Positions 18,901 through 27,013 of a DNA stretch of 42,470 bases are shown here, in pieces; the stretch's first letter is position 1; every line of letters begins with the position of its first letter. Source of the DNA: a virus (Duplodnaviria > Caudoviricetes); the IMG/VR virus record IMGVR_UViG_3300037991_005648, positions 1 through 42,470 of that record, one strand, 5' to 3'. The notes beneath the pieces are model-generated. The model was not told where the DNA came from, searched no databases, and saw only the letters and a list, made by a program, of their open reading frames with translations. The translations under genes and the position numbers were made by a program.

Positions 18901-21900
18901 GTTTTTAACATATTCTCCAAGATAGTTAGCAACATATACTGTCTGATATGCTTTTTCATATGTCTTGTTGTAGTTACCTTGATAAAGTTTATTGTAATCT
19001 TTATCATAATTTTTTGTATATGCTGCATCAAATGAACCTTCATATGCTTTGGTATATGTTTTAGTATATGTCTTTTCCCAAACTTTAGTATATGTTTTAG
19101 AAAAGTCTTGCTCATATACTTTACTATATGTTTTTTCGTACACTCCAACATAAGCTCTTGTATATGTTTTAGTCCAGTTCTTTGTATAAACACCAGTGTA
19201 GTCTTGATCATAATTTTTGGTATACAACTTGGTGAAAGGTCCACCTACAAATTCTTTTTGCCAAACTTTTGTGTAAGATGCTTCATAATCTTTATCATAT
19301 GCTACTACATATGCTACAGCATATTCTCTAGCATAATCAGTATTATACAATGTTGTGTACAACCTTACATAATCTTTGTTGTAAGTCTTAGTCCACGTTT
19401 TTAAGTAATCAACACTGAAGTCACCAACGTAGTTACCAGTCCATGTCTTTTCATAATCTTTCTCCCACGACTTGGTATAAACTCCTGTGTAGTCAGCGCT
19501 GTATGTTTTTTCAAAGTTTGCATCAAAGCTACCTTCATAAGCCTTGACGTAATCTTTTGTAAATGTCCCTCTATATTCTTTAACATAGTCTTTTGAATAA
19601 CTTGCAACATAATCTTTGTTATAGTCTTTATTATACACACCAACCCATGCTTTATCATAATCTTTTTCATATGTTTTGGTATATGTCTTAGTATAGTCAC
19701 CAACATATTCTTTGTTGTATGCTTTAATCCAATCTTTTGTAAACTCTTTAGTAAACGAAGCTGAATAAGGTGCACCTGCTTCGAAAGTACCTTCGTATGT
19801 CTTTTGCCAGACTTTTGTATATGATTTTGTATAGTTTGCATCAAATGTGCCTTCGAAGGCTTGATCAAATACACCTTCCCATGCTTTCTCCCAAACTTTT
19901 GTATATAATGCTCCATAGTCTTTCTCGTAAGACTTGGTGTACGTTGTTGTTTGACTTCCATGAGCAAAGCCTCCGTAGAATACAGGTCCTACATAATCAA
20001 CATCGTAGTTCTTAACCCAGGTCTTTACATAATCAGCATCGTAAGAAGCAGTATATGTACCAGTGAAGCTACCAGTATAATCTCCGGTAAATGTTTTTGT
20101 ATAATCTTTTTCGTATGTTGCTGTATAGTCTTTAATAAAGTCTTTGGCATATGGTCCACCTGATGCTGCACCGTGATAAGTCTCACCAAGGAATGTTTTA
20201 GAGAATACACCAGCTGCTGCACTGTAAGGATCTGTAATGCCTGAAGCACCACCACCGCCACCACCGCCACCAATGATGCCATAGTTTTCAATAAACAATT
20301 CAACATTTGCACAGGTTTCAATAGCATCAGCACCATCACGACCATCATTACCAACGCCTCTTGATGAAACATTTGCATCACCACCATTACCACCTTTACC
20401 AACTACAAAACCAGTTGGGTAAGTTAATATTCTAACAAGGTGTTTGATTTGTTGTTGTGTATCACCGGAAACATTAGCTGTGACAGCATTCATTGTAAGG
20501 TTGATAGCTGGTTTGTTAGCTGTTGTTGATCCAAATACATAGTTAGTTGTATTGTCGTCTTTATCACCAATATAAATGTTTACTAATTGAGGCTCTGTAT
20601 CTGGTTGCTTACCTTTATTAAGTAGATAGTCTCGTAAGTTAAAATCATTTACAAAGTATGTTAACTTCCCAAGATGTTGATCTTGTCCTCTTTGTGATCC
20701 AGCATCACTATCATCAATAAGAGCTTGTCCTTGGTCAAGAACAATATCAGTTGGATCATAACCAACATAACCAATCTTCCATGTATCATCTTGTTTAACA
20801 TTAACGTACTTAACTCTTTTCCACTCACTAGCTTGGTGAACAAATAGGTTACGTACTGATTTCCAATCATTGTCTTGCATAACTGACAACTTAGGTTGTC
20901 CTGAAAGACTTGAATCAAGTTGGCCAGAAGATGGGCCAACATAACTTGTTGTTCCACTGTACGGTTGTATGGAAGATAGAGGACCAGAGTATCTTTGTAC
21001 AAAGTCTCCATCTCCTGTGTATGTTGGTGAAAAGCTACCTAAGTATGGTCCTTCATATGTTTTTGTATATGTGACAGGACCTGAATAATCAGTTGATCCT
21101 TGATATCCAGCATTGAATACTGTACCATCTGAGAAGTCACCCGTAAAGTTTTGTGAGTATGCTTTAGCATATGCTTTAACATAATCCTTTTCCCAGTTTT
21201 TAGACCAATCATGAGTATAGAGTTTATCATAGTTTTTGGTATATGTCTTTGTCCAAACCTTAGTCCAGTCAGTAGAATAATCAGCACCGTAGTCCTTAGT
21301 ATATGTACTGACATAGTTGTCAGTTTGACTACCTGAAGCAAAGCCTCCGTAGAATACAGGTCCTACATATGTTGTACCATCATATGCTTTTTCCCAGTTT
21401 TTAGAATATGTTGCAACATAAACTTTATCGTAATCTTTATTGTAGTCTTTTTCATAACTCTTGATATAATTTGCTTGGTATGTTGCTTCATATAATTTAA
21501 CATAGTTTTTATTGAAGTCACGTGAGAATGCACCTTCATAGGTTCCTGTATAAGTAGTACCCCAAGACTTTGTATAAATTGTTGGACCAACATAGTTCTT
21601 AACATATTGAGCTGTACCTGCAAAGTTTTGAGCACCTTCAAAGAATTTTAAGAACGTAGCAAAAATAGCTTCGTATGCTTTTACGTAATTGCCTTGATAT
21701 AATTTATCGTAAGCTGCTACGTAATCTTTTTCGTATGTCTTAACCCAATTTTTGGTATATGTTTTTGTATATGTCTTAACATAGTCTTTTGTGTAATCAC
21801 CAATATATGTTACATCAAAGTTTTTGATATACCTGGCTTCATAGGCCTTCTGCCAATTCTTTTCGTATACAGCAGTATATGTTTTGACCCAGTTCTTATC

Positions 21901-24900
21901 ATATGCTTTTTCATAACTCTTAACATAATTCTTTAACCAGTTCTTATCATATGTTTTGTCATATGCTTTTTCATATGTTGCTACATAATCTTTATCATAT
22001 GTTTTTGTATACAAAGTATCATAATTTTTTGTATACGTTTTTTCCCATCTCTTGGTATATGCTGCTACGTAATCTTTTTCATATGTTTGATCAAATGCAC
22101 CTTCAAAGGCTTGATCAAAACTGCCTTCATAGTCTTTAGTATATGTTGCGTCAAAAGAACCTTCATATGATTTAGTATATGTTATGTCATAGTTTTTAAC
22201 CCAGTTCTTAGAATAGGTTGCATCAAAAGAACCTTCGTAATCTTTAACCCAGTTCTTTGTCCAAGCTCCTACCCAAACATTTACATAATCCTTAACGTAA
22301 TCTTTTTCATAGTCCTTTACATATACTTTATCATATGCTTTTTCATATGTTGCATTGAAAGCACCTTCATAGGACTTCACCCAGTTCTTAGTATAAACTT
22401 TATCATAATCTTTTACGTAGTCTTTATTGTATACACCAACCCATTCCTTAGCATAATCCTTTACGTAATTCTTTTCGTAAGTAGCGTTGAATGTACCTTC
22501 ATAAATTTTATCGTAGTTTGTTGTTTGTGAACCAGATGCAAAACCACCATAGAAAACAGGGCCAACCCAAATTTTTGTATATGCACCTGTCCATACTTTA
22601 TCATAACCTTTTACATAATCTTTACTATAGGTAGCATCAAATCCACCCTCGTATGTTTTTACATAATTCTTTGCCCATATTTTTGTATAGTCAGTTACGT
22701 AATCTTTTTCATAAACGCCAACCCATTCTTTAGCATATGCTTTTACCCAATCTTTTGTATAATCCTTTGAGTAAGTTTTGACATATGCTTTTTGGAACGA
22801 CTGCCAATCATCTGTGTTAACTTGTTCATTAGCCGTTTCATTATCTGTAACATTGAAGTTAGCTGTATACTTACCATTGGCTTTGTCTATTCTAAGATCG
22901 TCAATGAAGCCACCGATAGATGCATCCAAGTCACGTCTGTTACCAATTACTAATCTATTTGCACCTGTTAAGTTAGCCGCAGTTGTGTATGTTGTAGCAT
23001 CAGCAGTACCATTGATGTATACTTTAATTGTATTGCTTATTCTTACAATTGCAACATGATTAAATGTACTAGATGACCAAGGGCTGTTATCATTAGCTGT
23101 AAGTCTTGCATTAGTACCTTCAAAGAATATTATCTCACTTGGACTTGATGCATTGTTACCTCTAATGGCCCACTTGACACTATTGTCAGATGAATCATAT
23201 GCTTCTAAGATTGTTGCGTTGTTTGTACCTGGAGCTCTCATCCAGAATTCAATTGTGAAGTCTTCATTAGCAAAGTTAAAGTCATCATCAGAGAAGTTAA
23301 TTGTAAAGCCATGTCCACCACTTGGGACTTCTAATGAAGCAGAACCAAATTTCTTTTGATCTGTACTCTTTGCTGCACTACCATGTACTGTAGTTATATG
23401 GTTACCTTGATCAGACAGATCAATTATCTCTGTATCACCATCTGTTGCATTTGGTACTTCAGCATTCAACATCAATACTGTTGTGCTAAAGTCTTCATAT
23501 GGATTGTGATAGACTTTTACATAATCTTTTTGATATACACCAACCCAAGACTTATCGTAGTCAGCAACATAATCTTTATTATATGTTTGGTTGTAATCTT
23601 TTTCATACACACCAAGCCATGACTTACCGTATGCTTTTTGATATACACCTACAAAGCTACCAGTATATTCTCCAACATAAGTTTTAACATATGCTTTTAC
23701 CCAAGCCTTTTCATAATCTGTATCGTAGTTCTTGATATAGTCTTTGTTCCATGTTTTACCATAATCTTTATCATAAGACTTAACCCAGTTCTTATCATAT
23801 GCTTTTACCCAATCTTTCGTGTAAGTAGCAACGTAGTCTTTTACGTAATCTTTTTCATAACTTTTTACATATGTTGCAACATAGTCTTTATTCCAAACTT
23901 GATCGTATGCAGCAACATAATCTTTGACCCAATCCTTGGCCCAAGACTCATCATAATTTTTTACCCAAAGTTTATCATATGTTTTTACATAATCTTTCTC
24001 ATACGACTTAACCCATTCTTTTGTATATACACCAACAAATGCTTTTGTATATGTCTTTTGATAAACCTTATCATAATCTTTTACATAGTCTTTCTCATAA
24101 CTTGCATCAAATGAACCTTCATATGCTTTTGTATATGTTTTTACCCAATCTTTCGTGTAAACATTAACGTAGTCTTTTTCGTATGTTTTACCATAATCTG
24201 TTGTTTGAGAACCAGAAGCAAAGCCTCCGTAGAATACTGGACCAACATAAATTTTGTCGTAAGATTTTACCCAGGCTTTTTCATAAACTTTGTCGTATGC
24301 TTTTTCGTAATCTTTATTGTATACACCAACCCAGGATTTATCGTAAGTCTTAACGTAGTTCTTACTCCATACCTTAGTATAATCTTTTACAAAGTTACCA
24401 TCAAAAGAACCTTCATATGCTTTGTCGTATGCTTTTTGATAATCTTTAACCCAATTTTTAGTGTAAGTATTAGCATATTCTTTATGGTATGACTTGAGAT
24501 ATGTTTGAGCATACTCACCTTGATACAACTTAACATAATTTTTTAGATAGTCTTTGTTATAGTCAGTAACATAATCTTTCTCATATGCTTTTACCCAATT
24601 CTTTTCATATGTTTTTGTGTAATCACCAACATATAGTTTTTCATAATCTTTTGCATAAGCAGCTGCTCTATAAGAATCACCTAAACCTTGATATGTTCCA
24701 AGATAAACTACACCACCTAAGAAATTAGTTAAAGCTGCATAGTCTCTAACACCTTCATAAGTTTTAGTATAAGCTGTTCCATCATAACTTATTTGACCTT
24801 CATAAGCTAGTTGTCCTTGCCAAACATGAGTATATGATTCTTCTGTTTGATATGTTTTTGTATAATCTTTGTGGAAGTTTTCATCTGCAGCATACGAAGC

Positions 24901-25830
24901 TCGGCCAACATAATCTTTGAGATAATTCTTTGCTCCTGTATAATCACCATCCCAAACTTTTGTATAGTTTACTTCTGTTGTCCAGAATCTTACAGCTTGA
25001 TATGTTTTTACGTAATCTACAAAGCCAGTGAAACCTTCACCAGCTGCATTGAGGTATGCAATAGCTCCCCCATACTCTTTATTGAATGGCACAAAGCTAG
25101 TTGCACCAATCCAAGGACCAGCATTGTAGCTTACTAAACCAGTATATGTTTTTGTATATTGTCCTACATATGTTCCAACACCAGTATATGCTTTTTCATA
25201 AGCCCGTTGCCATTCAGCTTGGTATATTGTTTCACCAACATATGTCTTCTGATAATCTTTGTTGTAATCAACTGTACCAGTGTATACTTTATCATATGCA
25301 ACAAATCCTACAAAGCCACTATATGTTGGAATATAATTTTGATAGTTGGTATATGTGGCTGTGTAAGCAGCTCCATCATATCCACCAACACCTTGGAAGT
25401 TTACTACTCTAGAATAGTTAACTTCTGCACTATAGTTTCCTGTATAGTTTGCAAATATATTAGCATCTGCCCAAATACTATCTGGTTGTTTAGTAGCAGA
25501 TGCATATTCTTTTTGATAACCTTGTTGGCCTGCAAAAAGAACATTTGCTTTGTCATAGTTTTTTGTATATGTTGTAACGTCAATAGAATTATAATTGACG
25601 AAGCCTTCATATGACTTTGTATACGTACCTGCAAAGTTAGATTGCCATGATAAGGTAGATGTACGAGACCTAGTATAAACACCTTGGAATCCATTATAGA
25701 ATCCATGGAACGCATTAGTATATATTATGAAAGGAGTACGAGTTCGTTGCCCTGTGTAGGACACTTCAAAAACTCTATCTCCTCCAGCATATTCCTTTGC
25801 GTAGAGTCTTGGTGCGTACGAAGTCGACAT
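15937..25830 (-). CDS. 3297-aa tetrapeptide-repeat fibre/adhesin with an inserted LamG (ConA-like) domain and a split gp38-like glycine-rich domain
   Basis: [YWF]-x-K-x repeats; LamG motifs (KFGSASL, DFTIEFW, HVAIVR, YINGT, GFIDDLRI) at about aa 775-1008; GKGGNGG / NYGIIGGGGGGGG at about aa 1810-1865; GGAGG...GAAIKG...QGNIIG at the C-terminus. Confidence 0.85.
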   Translation of the reverse strand: MSTSYAPRLYAKEYAGGDRVFEVSYTGQRTRTPFIIYTNAFHGFYNGFQGVYTRSRTSTLSWQSNFAGTYTKSYEGFVNYNSIDVTTYTKNYDKANVLFAGQQGYQKEYASATKQPDSIWADANIFANYTGNYSAEVNYSRVVNFQGVGGYDGAAYTATYTNYQNYIPTYSGFVGFVAYDKVYTGTVDYNKDYQKTYVGETIYQAEWQRAYEKAYTGVGTYVGQYTKTYTGLVSYNAGPWIGATSFVPFNKEYGGAIAYLNAAGEGFTGFVDYVKTYQAVRFWTTEVNYTKVWDGDYTGAKNYLKDYVGRASYAADENFHKDYTKTYQTEESYTHVWQGQLAYEGQISYDGTAYTKTYEGVRDYAALTNFLGGVVYLGTYQGLGDSYRAAAYAKDYEKLYVGDYTKTYEKNWVKAYEKDYVTDYNKDYLKNYVKLYQGEYAQTYLKSYHKEYANTYTKNWVKDYQKAYDKAYEGSFDGNFVKDYTKVWSKNYVKTYDKSWVGVYNKDYEKAYDKVYEKAWVKSYDKIYVGPVFYGGFASGSQTTDYGKTYEKDYVNVYTKDWVKTYTKAYEGSFDASYEKDYVKDYDKVYQKTYTKAFVGVYTKEWVKSYEKDYVKTYDKLWVKNYDESWAKDWVKDYVAAYDQVWNKDYVATYVKSYEKDYVKDYVATYTKDWVKAYDKNWVKSYDKDYGKTWNKDYIKNYDTDYEKAWVKAYVKTYVGEYTGSFVGVYQKAYGKSWLGVYEKDYNQTYNKDYVADYDKSWVGVYQKDYVKVYHNPYEDFSTTVLMLNAEVPNATDGDTEIIDLSDQGNHITTVHGSAAKSTDQKKFGSASLEVPSGGHGFTINFSDDDFNFANEDFTIEFWMRAPGTNNATILEAYDSSDNSVKWAIRGNNASSPSEIIFFEGTNARLTANDNSPWSSSTFNHVAIVRISNTIKVYINGTADATTYTTAANLTGANRLVIGNRRDLDASIGGFIDDLRIDKANGKYTANFNVTDNETANEQVNTDDWQSFQKAYVKTYSKDYTKDWVKAYAKEWVGVYEKDYVTDYTKIWAKNYVKTYEGGFDATYSKDYVKGYDKVWTGAYTKIWVGPVFYGGFASGSQTTNYDKIYEGTFNATYEKNYVKDYAKEWVGVYNKDYVKDYDKVYTKNWVKSYEGAFNATYEKAYDKVYVKDYEKDYVKDYVNVWVGAWTKNWVKDYEGSFDATYSKNWVKNYDITYTKSYEGSFDATYTKDYEGSFDQAFEGAFDQTYEKDYVAAYTKRWEKTYTKNYDTLYTKTYDKDYVATYEKAYDKTYDKNWLKNYVKSYEKAYDKNWVKTYTAVYEKNWQKAYEARYIKNFDVTYIGDYTKDYVKTYTKTYTKNWVKTYEKDYVAAYDKLYQGNYVKAYEAIFATFLKFFEGAQNFAGTAQYVKNYVGPTIYTKSWGTTYTGTYEGAFSRDFNKNYVKLYEATYQANYIKSYEKDYNKDYDKVYVATYSKNWEKAYDGTTYVGPVFYGGFASGSQTDNYVSTYTKDYGADYSTDWTKVWTKTYTKNYDKLYTHDWSKNWEKDYVKAYAKAYSQNFTGDFSDGTVFNAGYQGSTDYSGPVTYTKTYEGPYLGSFSPTYTGDGDFVQRYSGPLSSIQPYSGTTSYVGPSSGQLDSSLSGQPKLSVMQDNDWKSVRNLFVHQASEWKRVKYVNVKQDDTWKIGYVGYDPTDIVLDQGQALIDDSDAGSQRGQDQHLGKLTYFVNDFNLRDYLLNKGKQPDTEPQLVNIYIGDKDDNTTNYVFGSTTANKPAINLTMNAVTANVSGDTQQQIKHLVRILTYPTGFVVGKGGNGGDANVSSRGVGNDGRDGADAIETCANVELFIENYGIIGGGGGGGGASGITDPYSAAAGVFSKTFLGETYHGAASGGPYAKDFIKDYTATYEKDYTKTFTGDYTGSFTGTYTASYDADYVKTWVKNYDVDYVGPVFYGGFAHGSQTTTYTKSYEKDYGALYTKVWEKAWEGVFDQAFEGTFDANYTKSYTKVWQKTYEGTFEAGAPYSASFTKEFTKDWIKAYNKEYVGDYTKTYTKTYEKDYDKAWVGVYNKDYNKDYVASYSKDYVKEYRGTFTKDYVKAYEGSFDANFEKTYSADYTGVYTKSWEKDYEKTWTGNYVGDFSVDYLKTWTKTYNKDYVRLYTTLYNTDYAREYAVAYVVAYDKDYEASYTKVWQKEFVGGPFTKLYTKNYDQDYTGVYTKNWTKTYTRAYVGVYEKTYSKVYEQDFSKTYTKVWEKTYTKTYTKAYEGSFDAAYTKNYDKDYNKLYQGNYNKTYEKAYQTVYVANYLGEYVKNYTKEYTGTLYYIDEDAGTYVGATGSFTSARAYGDGGVEYAADYNVTYDKTFTGQVAYTKSVSFVSPGLFESFAGADAYAKDYTKAYGNEYSTDYTKAYSKDYAKIYAKAWDSSAANYEKNWARDYETAYTKAWDKNWETTYSKDYMGGVGNAWIPTVFKKTWTGSFLQGIPEYTKIYSSAPYNKAYGGFAGEGFIIKVENYQKAYTAAYTKLWSKTYTKDYQSTYTKVWESSYGSTFEGALYNKEYAKDYIQNYTGTNYTGSFEKEYQKEYNKTWSKDYVNEWAGVFNKEYSKEYEGTFTVTYQGVYTKTYESATEAYQGDSYDGATYTKIYTKNYDKEYSKDFTKAWQKAYEGSFDGSYTGAYTKAYTKSYEKDYSKDYTGAFEAAYIKSYGRGYSKAYDSSVATYTQNYDIEYTKTWERDFSKTYTKTYDKDYEKVYEGTYTKAWLGSYTKDYEKVYTGVFTKSYEKDYSKDWVGTYTKTYSRHYDKDYIGDYSKEFTGTYTKEYVASFGSVTYTKDYETTYTKDYIKEYSGQFAGTFNKDYSKDYVKGYRGTYQAEFVASFSDDYVKNWVSEPADYVKVYEATYTRTWLKNYQGEYKGPGGVYGAFIKTFIDAGTIYSATFTGTFDNTYSKDYEKTYTKLYVKEYEAAYAGEYGASYEGPVFYGGYSNATDVTNYNAGFTGIYTHEWQKAYEKDYVKAYTKDYTKTYEGTYARQFEVVGSARTYVAIASFVGTYQKNWQKDYVKDYTGAYNKEYVKVYTGTFDRNWEKAYTKTYDKVWSKIWVGGVYYGGFSDGSNSQNYGADYTATYLRDYVKEYGNTYTGTYTKIYAKIYTGIYSKEYTKDYQQTYESTSYSREVEVSYIGTAETSGVAGSGGAGWNFGTAGTTGSPEAHLLRKPENGNILDGGIHGIPDWAFGNSRAIGGAGGNLGNVGTGGGERFLRKSRYARSGDGGLPGAAIKGYNSDFVTMIYQGNIIGDSNYMFQS
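16320..25620 (-). repeat. Tetrapeptide coding repeat tracts with six copies of an 18-aa GPVFYGGF-type motif
   Basis: Motif copies at 24196-24249, 22516-22569, 21316-21369, 19942-19995, 16870-16923 and 16495-16548; a seventh lies at 13549-13602 in the neighbouring gene. Confidence 0.93.
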
Positions 25831-25842
25831 CTAAGACTCTTC

Positions 25843-26136
25843 CTAACTATACGTTTGGTACCAGATGTCCCCATTCGCTCCACCTGTTGGTGTGGAGGTA
25901 CTTACGTACACTACGTACTCGGAGTCATTGTTTGATGAGGCTTCAAAGTTCCTAGATGTTTTAGTAATCTCTGCAGAACTTATACTATTAACGAGACCTC
26001 TATCTGTTACATTTGCAGTTAATGCAAACGTTGTATTACCAAAGTTCCCCGTTGTGATTCCTGTATCTGGTAACGTTGCAACTTGAATATTTGCAGCAGC
26101 ATTAACAATCGTTACTCCAGCAACTTTTAATGGCAT
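25843..26136 (-). CDS. Small fibre-associated protein
   Basis: Contains GITTGNFG...VTDRGLV and STSTPTGGANGDIWY, both common phage fibre motifs; coupled to the upstream gene. Confidence 0.65.
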   Translation of the reverse strand: MPLKVAGVTIVNAAANIQVATLPDTGITTGNFGNTTFALTANVTDRGLVNSISSAEITKTSRNFEASSNNDSEYVVYVSTSTPTGGANGDIWYQTYS

Positions 26137-26795
26137 TACTTACTCTCCAGTTCTTCGACCCGGTTACTCAGCTCTTTAACTGCTTCGATTAACAAAGGAA
26201 TCAACGACTGATACTTAACTGCAAGATTACCATTTCCATTAGTAGACACAAGGAATGGTAGTTCAGCTTGAACTTCTTGAGCTATGACACCCAAATCTGT
26301 TTTTCCGTTTTTCTCATCATCAGTATCCCACTTGAACATATACCCATTTATGTTTTTTACAACCTCAAGAGCATTCTCCATTTGTTGTAAATCAATTTTC
26401 AATCTCTTATCTGAAGAATAATTTGCTTCAACATCACCGGCACTTATAATGTTTTTGAAATATCCATTACCCATCATCATGGTTGTATTACCAAGCTCAT
26501 GTGTAACATTTGCAGATGGGTGAACATTGGAACCAAGAGTTAATACTCCTGCAGTAGGAACAGTTCCTCCTCTAAGAATTTGAGTAACTGCTAATGTATT
26601 TGCAGAAAAGGTTCCATTAACATAACCATTGCCAGAAGTAATTGTATGGTTTGTTGAATTTGGAGTAGAAACATCACCAACAGTAACAACAATAGTACCT
26701 TGATCGTAGACCAATTGATTAGTTCTATTGATCCATTCTCTGAAAGTATCTGTTGAAGTCGATACGTTTGCTCCCAAATACGATGTCTTTGCCAT
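26136..26795 (-). CDS. Short tail-fibre protein with a C-terminal peptidase S74 intramolecular chaperone
   Basis: N-terminal TDTFREWINRTN anchor; YSSDKRLK, GVIAQEV and VKYQSLIPLLIEAVKEL coiled coil. Confidence 0.88.
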   Translation of the reverse strand: MAKTSYLGANVSTSTDTFREWINRTNQLVYDQGTIVVTVGDVSTPNSTNHTITSGNGYVNGTFSANTLAVTQILRGGTVPTAGVLTLGSNVHPSANVTHELGNTTMMMGNGYFKNIISAGDVEANYSSDKRLKIDLQQMENALEVVKNINGYMFKWDTDDEKNGKTDLGVIAQEVQAELPFLVSTNGNGNLAVKYQSLIPLLIEAVKELSNRVEELESK

Positions 26796-26796
26796 G

Positions 26797-27012
26797 TTAT
26801 CCTCTAGCTAGATTCAGTAACAGATTCTTTATTTCACTCATATCAGACTTTAATTGTTCAACGTCATCATGTAGTTTTTGTGTCTTATTAGCATCAGATC
26901 GCTTAGCCTTATACAAAGCAAAAGCACTCTTATCTGTATTTATAAGAGCCATGTTGCTAGCATCACGATGAAGTGTAGGTTCATCTGTTACATATCTTAC
27001 TCTTTCAGCCAT
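26797..27012 (-). CDS. Small coiled-coil protein typical of the position downstream of VrlC-like genes
   Basis: LHRDASNMALINTD...LKSDMSEIKNLL; tightly packed between its neighbours. Confidence 0.75.
   Translation of the reverse strand: MAERVRYVTDEPTLHRDASNMALINTDKSAFALYKAKRSDANKTQKLHDDVEQLKSDMSEIKNLLLNLARG
26937..26944 (-). promoter_or_regulatory. Candidate late promoter TATAAATA upstream of the fibre genes
   Basis: Exact consensus about 140 nt upstream of the 26795 start; lies within a CDS. Confidence 0.35.
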
Positions 27013-27013
27013 A

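Noticed and set aside
13549-24249. Diversity-generating retroelement template/variable repeat pair among the motif copies
   Set aside because: No reverse transcriptase is present in the window, and differences between copies are mostly synonymous third-position changes rather than adenine-specific diversification.
11926-25620. CRISPR array or non-coding tandem repeat
   Set aside because: There are no identical direct repeats with unique spacers; the periodicity is at the amino-acid level inside uninterrupted ORFs with synonymous variation.
11857-25830. Assembly artefact inflating the repeats
   Set aside because: Repeat units are non-identical at the DNA level, the frame stays open for 9.9 kb and 4 kb, and the matched arm lengths argue for real structure. 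Read mapping would confirm this.
11931-25935. Dozens of 60-190-aa ORFs in alternative frames and on the plus strand within the two giant genes
   Set aside because: They are shadows of the 12-nt periodic, biased codon pattern (Ile/Met/Lys/His-rich or Ile/Phe/Cys-rich) and lie inside long coherent ORFs.
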